Shown piece by piece: positions 9,268 to 19,211 of a DNA stretch of 64,000 bases. The translations under genes and the position numbers were made by a program. The DNA comes from Candidatus Bathyarchaeum tardum (GTDB lineage: Archaea > Thermoproteota > Bathyarchaeia > Bathyarchaeales > Bathyarchaeaceae): the NCBI GenBank assembly GCA_024650005.2, contig CP122380.1, positions 1,376,001 to 1,440,000 on the forward strand. The letters are read 5' to 3'. The notes below the pieces were generated by a model. It made no database searches, was not told where the DNA came from, and saw only the letters and a program-made list of their open reading frames with translations. Positions within the stretch are counted from its first letter, which is position 1. Every line of letters starts with the position of its first letter.

Positions 9268-11241
9268 ATGGTCATAGTTGAGCCACATCAAATAGTCATG
9301 TTCGCAATATTTGCTCCAATCATAGTTAGCATCACGTCTCACATCATTTCTAAGATACCAAAAGCAGGTGCACAACTAGCTAAGGTAGTTTGCATTGTCA
9401 CAGCATATATTGTTTTTTTTAGCATACTCTCCCTTGTTCCTTCTGTTTCTTCAAGTCCGATTCAATCAGAATTTTTTCATTTACCTTTAGTTGTCACCAC
9501 AGCAAATTTAGAGATATACGTGGATTTCTTGTCTCTTTTACCTGCACTGCTTTGTTCTCTTTTCGGAGCACTTGCATTAACATTTACAGTACAATATCTT
9601 TCTCCAAAAAACAAAGCATATACAATCAGTGACGGATTTAACCGGTTGTACTCTGTTTCTCTTCTAATGGTCGGTGCGATAAACGGAGCACTTTTTTCCA
9701 GCAATTTAATCGGTCTTTTGCTTTTTTGGGAATTAGTAAGTGTTTGTTTGTATGCCATTATTTCTTTTTGGTACTCTAAAAAAAATTGTGTACAATCAGC
9801 ATTCAAATGTTTAATCATGACGCATATAGGAAGTTTGGCATTGTTCATTGCTTCCATTGTTTTATTCTTCACGTCAGGAACCCTTAATATGATAGAGCTA
9901 GGAAACGGGGTTTTTACAAATACTGTTGCGATAATTGTATTTCCTTTACTGCTTGTTGCATTGTTACCAAAAGCGGTTCAGATACCATTTCATACATGGC
10001 TACCTGATGCAACTGTGGCTCCAACATCAACTATGATCTTGTTTTTAGTTGGAGATTTGGCAGGAATATATTTGCTTATTCGTTTTTTTTCGCAAGTATT
10101 TCAGCCGTTTTTAACTAATCTGCCAATCATACCTTTTGCAGTCTTATTTGGGAATATCAACATTTGGAGCTTCATAATTTCCGTTATTGGAGTTATTACT
10201 TTGCTGTCTGCTGCAATTAACGCCATCACTGAAAACGAACTAAAGCGGATATTGGCTTACAGCGTCATATCTGAGCTAGGTTACAGTGTTATGGTTATTG
10301 GTTTCGCTACATCATTGGGAACAGTTGCAGGTTTGTTTTATTTGACATCACATGTTTTCGTAGCGGGAGTACTTTTCCTTTGTGCTGGCGCTGTTATTTA
10401 TGCAACAGGTAAAAGCAACATTGACGAGCTTGGAGGATTATATCGCTACATCCCTATTACGGCAAGCTGTTGTGCTCTTAGCGTTCTCGCTATTGGGGGT
10501 TTACCATTATTGAGTGAATTCACAGGAAAGTACTTGATTATCCATTCCACGCTTGAAATAGCTTCACCGTTCTTCTTGGCGGCAACGGTATTGGGTGGAG
10601 TTTTTCATCTTGCTATCGCGATTAGATTGTTATATTCTGTTTTCTTAACTCGAGGAAGTAATCTAGGAATTGACCCAAATACCAAGGAGCCTCCTATTAC
10701 AATGCTTGCTCCCATGATTCTGATGTCTGCTGTTGTAATATTTTTGGGAATGTTACCAATGCCACTTTTAGATACTTTTATAATACCTGGAATTAGGCAA
10801 CTGGGGTTCGCAGCTAACATAATTGAGCCGTTCGGAATCATACATCCAGCCCTAGGTTTTTGGACCCCATTAGTAATAGCAATATCAATGCTTGTACTTG
10901 GTTCAATGCTCATCCTTACTGTCACATATACGACAAAGAGAAAGCATAGAGAACAAAGTAGTGAAGACGCATTTAAACCGGTTCTCTGTGGAGAAGATGA
11001 AAACGAAATTTATGAGGTCCCGTCAAGCTTTTTTTATCACACCTTTACTCAGGTCTTGAAACTTGAAAATCTTCGCCACAGGCTAAGTGTTGATCGTTTT
11101 TACTATTTCTTGTTAAGCAAGCTATCTAAAGGATGTCAAAAGTTACTTGCTTTGGATATTCATCAGAATTTCACACCAGCGTTTATGTCTTTCATTATTG
11201 GGGCGATAATACTGATTCTTATTGTTGTTTTGGGGGTATAA
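9268..11241 (+). CDS. NuoL/MrpA-like proton-translocating membrane subunit
   Basis: Many TM helices; FWELVS, KAVQIPFHTWLPDA, KRILAYSVISELG. Confidence 0.9.
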   Translation: MVIVEPHQIVMFAIFAPIIVSITSHIISKIPKAGAQLAKVVCIVTAYIVFFSILSLVPSVSSSPIQSEFFHLPLVVTTANLEIYVDFLSLLPALLCSLFGALALTFTVQYLSPKNKAYTISDGFNRLYSVSLLMVGAINGALFSSNLIGLLLFWELVSVCLYAIISFWYSKKNCVQSAFKCLIMTHIGSLALFIASIVLFFTSGTLNMIELGNGVFTNTVAIIVFPLLLVALLPKAVQIPFHTWLPDATVAPTSTMILFLVGDLAGIYLLIRFFSQVFQPFLTNLPIIPFAVLFGNINIWSFIISVIGVITLLSAAINAITENELKRILAYSVISELGYSVMVIGFATSLGTVAGLFYLTSHVFVAGVLFLCAGAVIYATGKSNIDELGGLYRYIPITASCCALSVLAIGGLPLLSEFTGKYLIIHSTLEIASPFFLAATVLGGVFHLAIAIRLLYSVFLTRGSNLGIDPNTKEPPITMLAPMILMSAVVIFLGMLPMPLLDTFIIPGIRQLGFAANIIEPFGIIHPALGFWTPLVIAISMLVLGSMLILTVTYTTKRKHREQSSEDAFKPVLCGEDENEIYEVPSSFFYHTFTQVLKLENLRHRLSVDRFYYFLLSKLSKGCQKLLALDIHQNFTPAFMSFIIGAIILILIVVLGV

Positions 11242-11245
11242 TCAC

Positions 11246-11890
11246 ATGGAGCCTACTGTTTTAGTAACTTTGATAATATCAGCGGCTTTTACTGTACTGG
11301 CTTGTTTTGCTGGCAGCACAAAACGAACAATTCATTTGCTTGTTCTGCAAGCTACTGCAATAGGATTTGTTGGGCTTATGAGTTGTATAGTTAATCTAAT
11401 AATAGGATTGCATTTAGAAGCCCTAATTGATTTTTTTGCATCATTTTCTGAATGGTTTGCATGTGCTATTGTGTCTCCTTTGATAATTTATTGGGGAATG
11501 GTAAATACCAAAAATGAAGTTGATCAGCCGATAATAGGAATGCGAATGATGGTTATAGCAGTTATAGCCATTGCAGTCTCATGTTTAGTATTAGGATCAG
11601 GTTTCCTGTTTCAGGTCCCTCTCCACTTGGAAGTTTTACCATTTGTCAGTTTTATGTTGGCTCTTTCAATATTATTAATTACTACTAGGAAAGACCCTTT
11701 GAAAATATTAATCGGTTTCAACATGGCAGAAACAGCGCTTTATCCATTGATTTCGAAAAGCCCTTTGGTTCTAATTCCGTTCATTTTAGCAATTATGATT
11801 TTTGTAAATATTGTAGGAGTGTTTGTCATCTCAGAAGCCTATAAAGAATACGGCACAAGTTTAATTGATAAATGGAGATGGAATGATTAA
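11246..11890 (+). CDS. hydrogenase membrane subunit (HyfE/NuoK-like)
   Basis: About 6-7 TM; RKDPLKILIGFNMAET resembles NuoK/HyfE; lies between two antiporter subunits. Confidence 0.6.
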   Translation: MEPTVLVTLIISAAFTVLACFAGSTKRTIHLLVLQATAIGFVGLMSCIVNLIIGLHLEALIDFFASFSEWFACAIVSPLIIYWGMVNTKNEVDQPIIGMRMMVIAVIAIAVSCLVLGSGFLFQVPLHLEVLPFVSFMLALSILLITTRKDPLKILIGFNMAETALYPLISKSPLVLIPFILAIMIFVNIVGVFVISEAYKEYGTSLIDKWRWND

Positions 11891-13347
11891 TGTACTCCCT
11901 GCTACCGCTTCTTTCTTTGATTATACCATTTTTCATCGGGACATTATGTTTAATTACATACCCATTTAGATATCTAGAATGTTTTTTCAAGAATGTCCAA
12001 AAAATTATACTTGTTTTTGGTACGGGACTAACTTTGCTTATAGTCGTAGGAATGGTTCCAGAAGTTATAGCAGGCCAAACTTTAGAAATTCCTTGGCTTG
12101 CTCTTCAAGTTGACTCAACTAACATAATTGGGCTTGTGGGCGTAACGATAATCTTCTTTTTAACGTCAATCTACAACATAAAAGCTGAACAGGGTGGTCG
12201 TTTAAAGCCAAGTCTTTACAACTTTTTTGTTTTATTATTTCTTTTTTGCATGGTAGGAATTTTACTTTCCTTTGATTTGTTTGGAATCTTCCTATTTGTG
12301 GAATTGCTTATTGGTGTTTCAATCATTCTTGTTACCCATTCTTCAGGAAAATTATCTCCAGAAGCTGCCTTCAAATATTTGGTAATTACTGCAGTCAGCG
12401 CGTTGTTTGTGCTCTTAGGAACGTTAATCGTTTTTGTTACAACGCAAGACTCGAATATGTTTTCCATAATGGAAAACCCGGGAGCGTTAGTCGAAAACGC
12501 ACGCTTATTGATGATAATAGTAGCTCTTTTTGTGGCAGGAATTGGAGCAGACATTGGGGTTGTACCCTTTCATGGTTGGTTACCTGACGTTTTTCCTGCA
12601 TCAACTCCAACGATCAATGGTTTCTTCTGTGCAGAACCCATTGCACTCATTTTTGTTTTGTACCGGGTCGTTAACATGTTCTATGTGATTTATCCATCTA
12701 TCGTAATCATATTAGTAATGGTGGGGGTAGGTCTAGGATCGATTATTATCGGAACTTTATTAGCATATTCACAAAAAGATTTCATGCGAATGATAGCGTA
12801 CGCGAGCATAGATACATTTGGGTACGCGATTCTTATCTTTGGTTTGTTTACTTCACTAAGTTCCATTGCAGGAAAATTCTACATAGTTAATGCTGCATTA
12901 ATAAAAACAGGGGTCATTCTGTGTTTAGGTTCTGTCTATATTCGGGCTGGAACACGGAACATGGATGTCTTAGGCGGTTTAGCAGGAAAGATGAAAAAAA
13001 CTGCAATAATTTACATCGTTTGCATTCTTTCTCTTGTGGGTGTTCCGCCGTTGAGTGGATTCTTCGGAAAATGGTTGATTTTCACTGCGTTATATGATTA
13101 TTTATTACCGCAGACAGGTGTCTTAATATCTGTTCTAGTTATTGTGTTCTTTGCAGGGCTCTCAATAATTCCGTTTATGTTCTTAATACGGTCATTCAAC
13201 AAAATATTTTTGGGTCATTCAACGCTGATTGACAAGGTTAACGAAGTCCAATTAAGTATGTGGTTGCCCGTGGCAGTTTTGGTGGGTCTAACAATTTTGG
13301 TTGGACTGTTTCCACAGATTTTCTTAGGTTTAATTTCTCCAGTTTAA
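11890..13347 (+). CDS. MrpD/NuoN-like proton-translocating membrane subunit
   Basis: FLFVEL, EAAFKY, PFHGWLPD, GVPPLSGFFGKW. Confidence 0.9.
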   Translation: MYSLLPLLSLIIPFFIGTLCLITYPFRYLECFFKNVQKIILVFGTGLTLLIVVGMVPEVIAGQTLEIPWLALQVDSTNIIGLVGVTIIFFLTSIYNIKAEQGGRLKPSLYNFFVLLFLFCMVGILLSFDLFGIFLFVELLIGVSIILVTHSSGKLSPEAAFKYLVITAVSALFVLLGTLIVFVTTQDSNMFSIMENPGALVENARLLMIIVALFVAGIGADIGVVPFHGWLPDVFPASTPTINGFFCAEPIALIFVLYRVVNMFYVIYPSIVIILVMVGVGLGSIIIGTLLAYSQKDFMRMIAYASIDTFGYAILIFGLFTSLSSIAGKFYIVNAALIKTGVILCLGSVYIRAGTRNMDVLGGLAGKMKKTAIIYIVCILSLVGVPPLSGFFGKWLIFTALYDYLLPQTGVLISVLVIVFFAGLSIIPFMFLIRSFNKIFLGHSTLIDKVNEVQLSMWLPVAVLVGLTILVGLFPQIFLGLISPV

Positions 13348-13826
13348 GCGTGCCTAGATCTATGGAAAAACCATTTTTTTGATCCTATTTTTAGTCCGAC
13401 ATCTATACTGAGATGTTCAACAAATTTACCGATTACATAACCGCTTTCGCTGACTATTTTTATCAACTGGTATTTAGTAGTATAAACAGTATAACTTTCT
13501 TCAGGGTCAACTTCGACAGTATCTGCATTTTGAGTGATCTCTCCCAACATGTAAACTTTGATTTCTGCATCAAGGTAATTACCTAAGAAAATCCTTGTAA
13601 CTGATAGTTTAATGGTTTCCTCCAAAATGTTTTGCGCAGGGATATCTTCAGATTCTCTTGGAGTTATCGCGATTGTTTTTTCTGTTTTTGAAAGTTCACT
13701 TTTTTTGTCTTCAATCTTTTTGAAGTCATGTTTTTTTATCAGCAAGGTTCCCAATCCAGAAAACTCTGTATGCCTAAAAACTACATCTTTCAGGATTAAG
13801 ACAACGGTTTCACAATGACCAGACAA
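13344..13826 (-). CDS. hypothetical protein, last gene of the hydrogenase catalytic operon
   Basis: 160-aa ORF preceded by an SD-like GAGGG; no recognised motif. Confidence 0.65.
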   Translation of the reverse strand: MSGHCETVVLILKDVVFRHTEFSGLGTLLIKKHDFKKIEDKKSELSKTEKTIAITPRESEDIPAQNILEETIKLSVTRIFLGNYLDAEIKVYMLGEITQNADTVEVDPEESYTVYTTKYQLIKIVSESGYVIGKFVEHLSIDVGLKIGSKKWFFHRSRHA

Positions 13827-13873
13827 GCATTTCCCTCATTTATTTGATAATATTAATTGAATAAGCTAAAGCT

Positions 13874-14197
13874 TTATGTAATATTTAGTTGTTCACGATC
13901 GTGTACAGCCATCAAAAACTCAGAAGAGAAGTCTATTGCCTGTTTTGGGCAAATCTCTTTGCATTGACCACAAAATATGCACATATCTAGATTGAATGTC
14001 ACCTTTTTTTCTTCAGTCACAATTATTGCACCTGTAGGACAGGTTCTGGTGCATAATAAACAACCAATGCATGCTAAATAATTAAAAAGTATTTTTCCTC
14101 TGAAGTTCTTAGAAACTGGAACTAATTCATTACTTTTTGTGAAAGATTTAACCGTTATAGGCTTATGGAATAAAGATCGTAAGGCATCTCGAATCAT
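13874..14197 (-). CDS. NuoI/EchF-like 2x[4Fe-4S] subunit
   Basis: CIGCLLCTRTCP and CIFCGQCKEICP. Confidence 0.92.
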   Translation of the reverse strand: MIRDALRSLFHKPITVKSFTKSNELVPVSKNFRGKILFNYLACIGCLLCTRTCPTGAIIVTEEKKVTFNLDMCIFCGQCKEICPKQAIDFSSEFLMAVHDREQLNIT

Positions 14198-14220
14198 TTT
14201 ACAAGTTCACTCAAGTTAGA

Positions 14221-15192
14221 TTATAGACCCATGATTAAAGATACTGCTGAAAGGGTAAGCAGTATTATAGGAATTGCCCAATATAACTTAAATGCTTGCC
14301 CTATTTTTAGCCTTGCGAAGAGTGTCCTAGGCAAAGTTACAGTGAAAAACATGACAAGTAACGCAATAAGTAAACTTACAAACAAATTAAACCATGTATT
14401 ATAGTCAGGAAAGCCGTTAAAGTATGCAGGAAAATATAGAAAGAGCATTGTTGAAAGAAACGTCAAAGAAAATGCTAATACAGATTTAGCTAGCTTCATC
14501 AAAGCTAGGTATGGTCCGCCATATTCAATCAGTGTTCCATGAACAATCTCAGTTTTTGCTTCTGATATATCAAATGGTACGACCCCTACTGCTGCAGGAA
14601 TACAAAAAATAAAAGTCGCTGCTGCAAATGCAATACTAAGATTAGAAAATGCCAGAGGCATTCCAGCGGTTTCTTGAGCGACCAAAATGTCGTAAGAAGT
14701 AACAGAAAAACCTGTTTTGAAGGAAACAAATCCGATTGATATAATCATTGGAACTTCATAAGACATTAGCATAACGACTGCGCGAGAAAATCCAAGTGTT
14801 CCAAACGGATTTCCAGATGATGAACCACCAAACATGATCATCAGTGAAGGCATTGCTAACAAATATAATACAAGGATAAGGTCTCCCATGAAATTGACTC
14901 TTAGTAATATTGAAAGAAAGGGTATCATTGCACCTAAAACAGAACAAACTACAGCAATAATAGGTGCAATTGTAAATATTGAAGATATAGCGTTATTGGG
15001 AATTATTCTCTCTTTTCCAAACAGTTTTATTAGATCATAAAAAGGTTGCAACAATGGAGGTCCTATTCTGTTTTGCATTCGCGCATGAAGTTTTCTGTCG
15101 ATTCCCGCAAATATAAGACTGATTGCAACTATGAGTGGAAAAGAAACAACAATTAGAATGACTGTTATTGCTAGGTCGACAGTGTTCATCAT
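14221..15192 (-). CDS. NuoH/EchB-like membrane subunit
   Basis: DRKLHARMQNRIGPPLLQPFYDLIKL, PFDISEAKTE, EYGG. Confidence 0.93.
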   Translation of the reverse strand: MMNTVDLAITVILIVVSFPLIVAISLIFAGIDRKLHARMQNRIGPPLLQPFYDLIKLFGKERIIPNNAISSIFTIAPIIAVVCSVLGAMIPFLSILLRVNFMGDLILVLYLLAMPSLMIMFGGSSSGNPFGTLGFSRAVVMLMSYEVPMIISIGFVSFKTGFSVTSYDILVAQETAGMPLAFSNLSIAFAAATFIFCIPAAVGVVPFDISEAKTEIVHGTLIEYGGPYLALMKLAKSVLAFSLTFLSTMLFLYFPAYFNGFPDYNTWFNLFVSLLIALLVMFFTVTLPRTLFARLKIGQAFKLYWAIPIILLTLSAVSLIMGL

Positions 15193-15198
15193 CTTTTT

Positions 15199-16335
15199 TC
15201 ACCTATCAGCACAACTCATACACGGGTCAATAGAAGAAACAATTACAGGTATGTCAGCAACTTCTCTTCCTACAAGTAAATTTTTCAAGCAAAGTATGTT
15301 TGCTAATGTTGGTGTACGAATTTTTAATCTATTTAAACCGTTTTTTCCATTGCTCTTTACAAAATGCAAAAGTTCCCCACGTGGAGCTTCGATTCTTGAG
15401 ATTGCTTCGCCCTCGGGAATTTTTCGTGCTACTTTCAGAAGCGAATTGTCTATACCCAATTGACCAGAGGGCAATTGATCTAATGCAGTTTGAATAAGGT
15501 TAACAGATTCAAACATTTCTAAGACGCGGACTTCTGCTCGCGAAAGGGCATCTCCTTTTGTTTTAACAATTTTAGAAAAATTTTTTTTTAGGTCTCCATA
15601 TGCCGCGTAAGGATCATCTTTTCGTACGTCCGTTTCTACACCCGAGGCTCGAGCTGTAGGACCTACAACACAAAGCATTTTTGCGACGTCTTTACTCAAT
15701 ATGCCTGTGGCACTTAGCCTTTTTTCTACAGTTTTGCTGTGAATAATGTCAAGCAGGTAACTGCATATTTTCTCAGCTTCTTTCATAAAGTTTTGCAGGT
15801 CATTCATTGAGTCAGGGGTTAAATCATTACGGACTCCCCCAAATGTGTTAATGGAGTGGTGAACACGATTACCGGTTATTCTTTCAAACCAATCCATTAT
15901 TTTTTCGCGAACACGCATGCTATACATAAAAGCAGTGTCAAACCCTATTCCATAGGCTGCAACTCCAATCCAAAGCAGATGGCTGTGTAGTCTTTCCATT
16001 TCTGATAATATTGTTCTAATATAAGATGCACGTTCAGACAGTTCTATTCCCCCAATTTCTTCAATAGCTTGAACAAAACATGTAGAATGACTGTGTGAAC
16101 AGATTCCACATATTCTTTCAACAAGATATGTTGTTTGAACAAGATTTCGGTTTTGAGCTAGTTTTTCTATTCCTCTATGAACAAATCCAAGTCGCAGATC
16201 AACATCTACAATTTTTTCCCTATTGAGAGTTACTTTAAAGTGCACAGGCTCTTTTAGGGCAGGATACACTGGACCAACAGGTATAACAGATTTAGTGTAA
16301 CATGGTTCGTCCTTTTTGTCTTCCAATATGTTCAC
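15199..16335 (-). CDS. group 4 [NiFe]-hydrogenase large subunit
   Basis: L1 ERICGICSHSH, L2 DPCMSCADR, HRGIEK, EAPRGE. Confidence 0.95.
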   Translation of the reverse strand: MNILEDKKDEPCYTKSVIPVGPVYPALKEPVHFKVTLNREKIVDVDLRLGFVHRGIEKLAQNRNLVQTTYLVERICGICSHSHSTCFVQAIEEIGGIELSERASYIRTILSEMERLHSHLLWIGVAAYGIGFDTAFMYSMRVREKIMDWFERITGNRVHHSINTFGGVRNDLTPDSMNDLQNFMKEAEKICSYLLDIIHSKTVEKRLSATGILSKDVAKMLCVVGPTARASGVETDVRKDDPYAAYGDLKKNFSKIVKTKGDALSRAEVRVLEMFESVNLIQTALDQLPSGQLGIDNSLLKVARKIPEGEAISRIEAPRGELLHFVKSNGKNGLNRLKIRTPTLANILCLKNLLVGREVADIPVIVSSIDPCMSCADR

Positions 16336-16754
16336 CCAAATTTTTTCTGAATAGCCAAGGCTACTCCTTGTATTATTGCTTCAGGTCTAGGTGGACAACC
16401 ACTTACATAAGCATCAACTGGAATAATTCCATCTACTGGACCCTCAATTGAATAGCTGCCCCTAAATGGTCCACCAGATAAAGCGCAAGCTCCGACTGCT
16501 ACAACTGCCTTTGGTTCAGGCATTTGATTATATATCATTGTCATTCTAGAAAGCATTTGACGAGTTACGGGACCAGTAATCAACAGAACATCAGCATGGC
16601 GGGGGGAACCAACAAGAACACACCCTAACCGTTCAACATCATAGCGTGGAGTTATAGTAGCCAATATTTCAATGTCGCATCCGTTGCATGAACCACTGTT
16701 TAAATGGAAAAGCCATGGTGATTTTATTCGAGACCGTTTTGTGATTCGTCCCAT
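16332..16754 (-). CDS. group 4 [NiFe]-hydrogenase small subunit (NuoB/EchC-like)
   Basis: SCNGCDIE, SPRHAD, GACA, GCPPRPE. Confidence 0.95.
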   Translation of the reverse strand: MGRITKRSRIKSPWLFHLNSGSCNGCDIEILATITPRYDVERLGCVLVGSPRHADVLLITGPVTRQMLSRMTMIYNQMPEPKAVVAVGACALSGGPFRGSYSIEGPVDGIIPVDAYVSGCPPRPEAIIQGVALAIQKKFG

Positions 16755-17407
16755 GAAGATTAGATCCTAAATTTAATTTGTTAAGTACCACATTGGCAAC
16801 ATTAAAAATGTTTTCTTAATTTTTTGATGTACATGCTGGAATGGCCCCAAATTAGATAGCTTATTTTGAAAATCAGGTTCTCATACTTTATCTGTAGCGT
16901 CAAACAGGGCAGGTTATTCCCTGCGAGACAAGATGAGCAGAAGATCCTTGAATCACTCGTTACAATCGTTGACTTAAGCTTTGCTTACAAAATACTTAAA
17001 CAATGTTTTCATACCTCAGGTCTTAAGAAATTACCCAAAAACCGATGGTTCTCGTTCCCACATTCATAGTAATGCCCATGAAAGCAGTTTGCAGTCCTGA
17101 GAGAGAAAACCAGAATTTTAAACATTAACAAAAAAAGAAAATTATGCATGATTAAAAAAGACCAAGGACTCCACATGAAGCGTACTAAGCAGATTTTCTA
17201 AGAGTTACAAATAAAACGTCAATAAGAAATCGACCACAAAACCATGTTTCCTTTATTGAGATTATGTGCACTTCATTAGTATAAGGTCAAGCTGAGAATT
17301 GGAGTTGCAATTAGCCAACATAACGATTCTAACCTTAGAAGGCTATTTTGAAGCATAAGTTTTCCGTTAAAAATTAAAAGAAAGAGAAAAAATTCTCTTG
17401 AATGTGT

Positions 17408-18148
17408 TTATACGCGTCTGCGTTTGACTCGGCTGCCAGCGCTTCGTGCTGCGATTAGACCGACTTTTTTGCCGGGTGGCGCATTTCGTGAAACTGTGGT
17501 TACTTTGCGTCCACCTTTCTTGCTGCTACCGTAAGGGTGACATGCAGCTATCATGGCGATACCTCGGGTTCGAGGATACAAGTGGCCTTTAGCTTTCATT
17601 AAATGATATTTTGTTCCTGCTTTCAGGAAGGGTTTTTCTGTTCGTCCTGCACCTGCAACTATTCCGACTGTTGCTCTGCATAGGCTGTTAACTTGTTTGT
17701 TTCGTTTTGATGGAAGTCTCACTATTGTTTTGTTTCCAACAGAATGTGAAATGATAGTTGCATATGCTCCAGATGCGCGAACCATTTTTCCTCCGTCTCC
17801 GGGGGATAATTCAATGTTGCAGACCATGGTTCCTTCTGGAATCTTGCCGATTGGAAGAACGTTTCCGATATCAACAGCAGCTTCATCGCCGACCTGTGTG
17901 GGTTGACCTTCGTATGCTCCTTCGGGGGCTACTGTGTAGTATGTGTCTCCACTTTCTAGTTTGATAGAAACCATAGGTGCGCCTCTTCCGGGCTCGTGCA
18001 TTATGTTTGTTATTTGCCCGTTTACCACTGCTTTGTTTTCAGTGATCGCTACTGAAGGATATCTAACAGGGGCTACACGCTTGTGGGTTGATGCCCTAAA
18101 AGTTGAGGAGCCTCTTCCGCGTCTTTGCACTCGTATTCGTTTTCCCAA
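17408..18148 (-). CDS. rpl2: 50S ribosomal protein uL2
   Basis: MGKRIRVQRRGRGS, HEPGRGAP, GGKMVRASG, PPGKKVGLIAAR. Confidence 0.97.
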   Translation of the reverse strand: MGKRIRVQRRGRGSSTFRASTHKRVAPVRYPSVAITENKAVVNGQITNIMHEPGRGAPMVSIKLESGDTYYTVAPEGAYEGQPTQVGDEAAVDIGNVLPIGKIPEGTMVCNIELSPGDGGKMVRASGAYATIISHSVGNKTIVRLPSKRNKQVNSLCRATVGIVAGAGRTEKPFLKAGTKYHLMKAKGHLYPRTRGIAMIAACHPYGSSKKGGRKVTTVSRNAPPGKKVGLIAARSAGSRVKRRRV

Positions 18149-18203
18149 TTGTCACATCTTCCTTTGAAACGTAGGTTCTACAGACGAAACAGTTTAAATA
18201 CTT

Positions 18204-18926
18204 TTAGTTTTCTGCGCTCCTAGAATAGCGCCTAGTCACCAAAGTATGCACAATTAAAATAACGCCGATAACTGCAACAATACCTAAAAGCACATAATTG
18301 AACAGAGAAACCATGCTCTGAAGTTCAACTGGGATTTCACCTGTAGCACGGTAAGAATCAAGGAGTTCTTGAAACGTTAACCCAAAATAGGTTCCTATGT
18401 ATGTGTAAAATAGTGTACGGGGAAATGTGCCAATTATTGTAGGAATCAAGAAACTTTTTAGTTTCATTGTAGTCAGACCCGCACCGTATGATATTGCATC
18501 AAAGGAGATGAAAGGCGCAAACCTTCCAAGAAGAATTGCCCAGCTTCCCCATCGGCTAACCCAGTTGTCTGCGAATTGAATGCCTTTTTCGCCTATTAGT
18601 TTGATTGCAAGGTTCCTGCCGCCTTTTTTTGAAATATAAAAACAAACAATGGATGCAACTATTGAACCTAATGATCCAACAATCCACCCAAAGGGAAAAG
18701 GGAAAGCCAAACCGGCTACAATCAAAACCAACATAGAAGGAATTGGCATTGCGATTGCTTGAATAACCATTATTCCAAACAACAGGGGAAGCCCTCCTGC
18801 TTGAAATGATTCGATTACTATGATTAGAATGTCATAAACAATTTCTGGAAAAATAAACAAAACAGCAGAAGCAGCGATAGCTAACAAAAAAACAAGAACT
18901 GAAAGAAATTTGGTGGAGCTGGGCAT
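18204..18926 (-). CDS. TVP38/TMEM64 (VTT/DedA superfamily) membrane protein
   Basis: QAIAMPIP, ILLGRFAPFISFDAISYGAGLT motifs. Confidence 0.88.
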   Translation of the reverse strand: MPSSTKFLSVLVFLLAIAASAVLFIFPEIVYDILIIVIESFQAGGLPLLFGIMVIQAIAMPIPSMLVLIVAGLAFPFPFGWIVGSLGSIVASIVCFYISKKGGRNLAIKLIGEKGIQFADNWVSRWGSWAILLGRFAPFISFDAISYGAGLTTMKLKSFLIPTIIGTFPRTLFYTYIGTYFGLTFQELLDSYRATGEIPVELQSMVSLFNYVLLGIVAVIGVILIVHTLVTRRYSRSAEN

Positions 18927-18949
18927 CTGATGACCAGACGCTCCTCGTT

Positions 18950-19210
18950 TTAGAGGATGCCCAGTTTGATCGCAAGATCAGATGCTTTATGTTCAGGAGT
19001 TAACCTGACAAACGCCTTTTTTTCTCCCTTGGGAGTTATGGTAGAGTTGACGCTTAACACGTCAACATCGTAGAGTTCTTCTACTGCCCGTTTGATGTCT
19101 GCTTTGGTTGCTTTTTTGCTGACAATAAAGACTAGTTTGTTTTCTGTTTCAAGAATGCGGCTGGTTACTTCAGTCATAACCGGATAACAGATAGCTTTGT
19201 ATGCATCCAT
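18950..19210 (-). CDS. rpl23: 50S ribosomal protein uL23
   Basis: ENKLVFIV, KADIKRAVEELY, GEKKAFVRL; ATG 19210 follows the rpl4 stop. Confidence 0.96.
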   Translation of the reverse strand: MDAYKAICYPVMTEVTSRILETENKLVFIVSKKATKADIKRAVEELYDVDVLSVNSTITPKGEKKAFVRLTPEHKASDLAIKLGIL

Positions 19211-19211
19211 T

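Noticed and set aside
8724-16754. Respiratory complex I / Fpo rather than a hydrogenase
   Set aside because: The large subunit keeps both Ni-binding CxxC motifs
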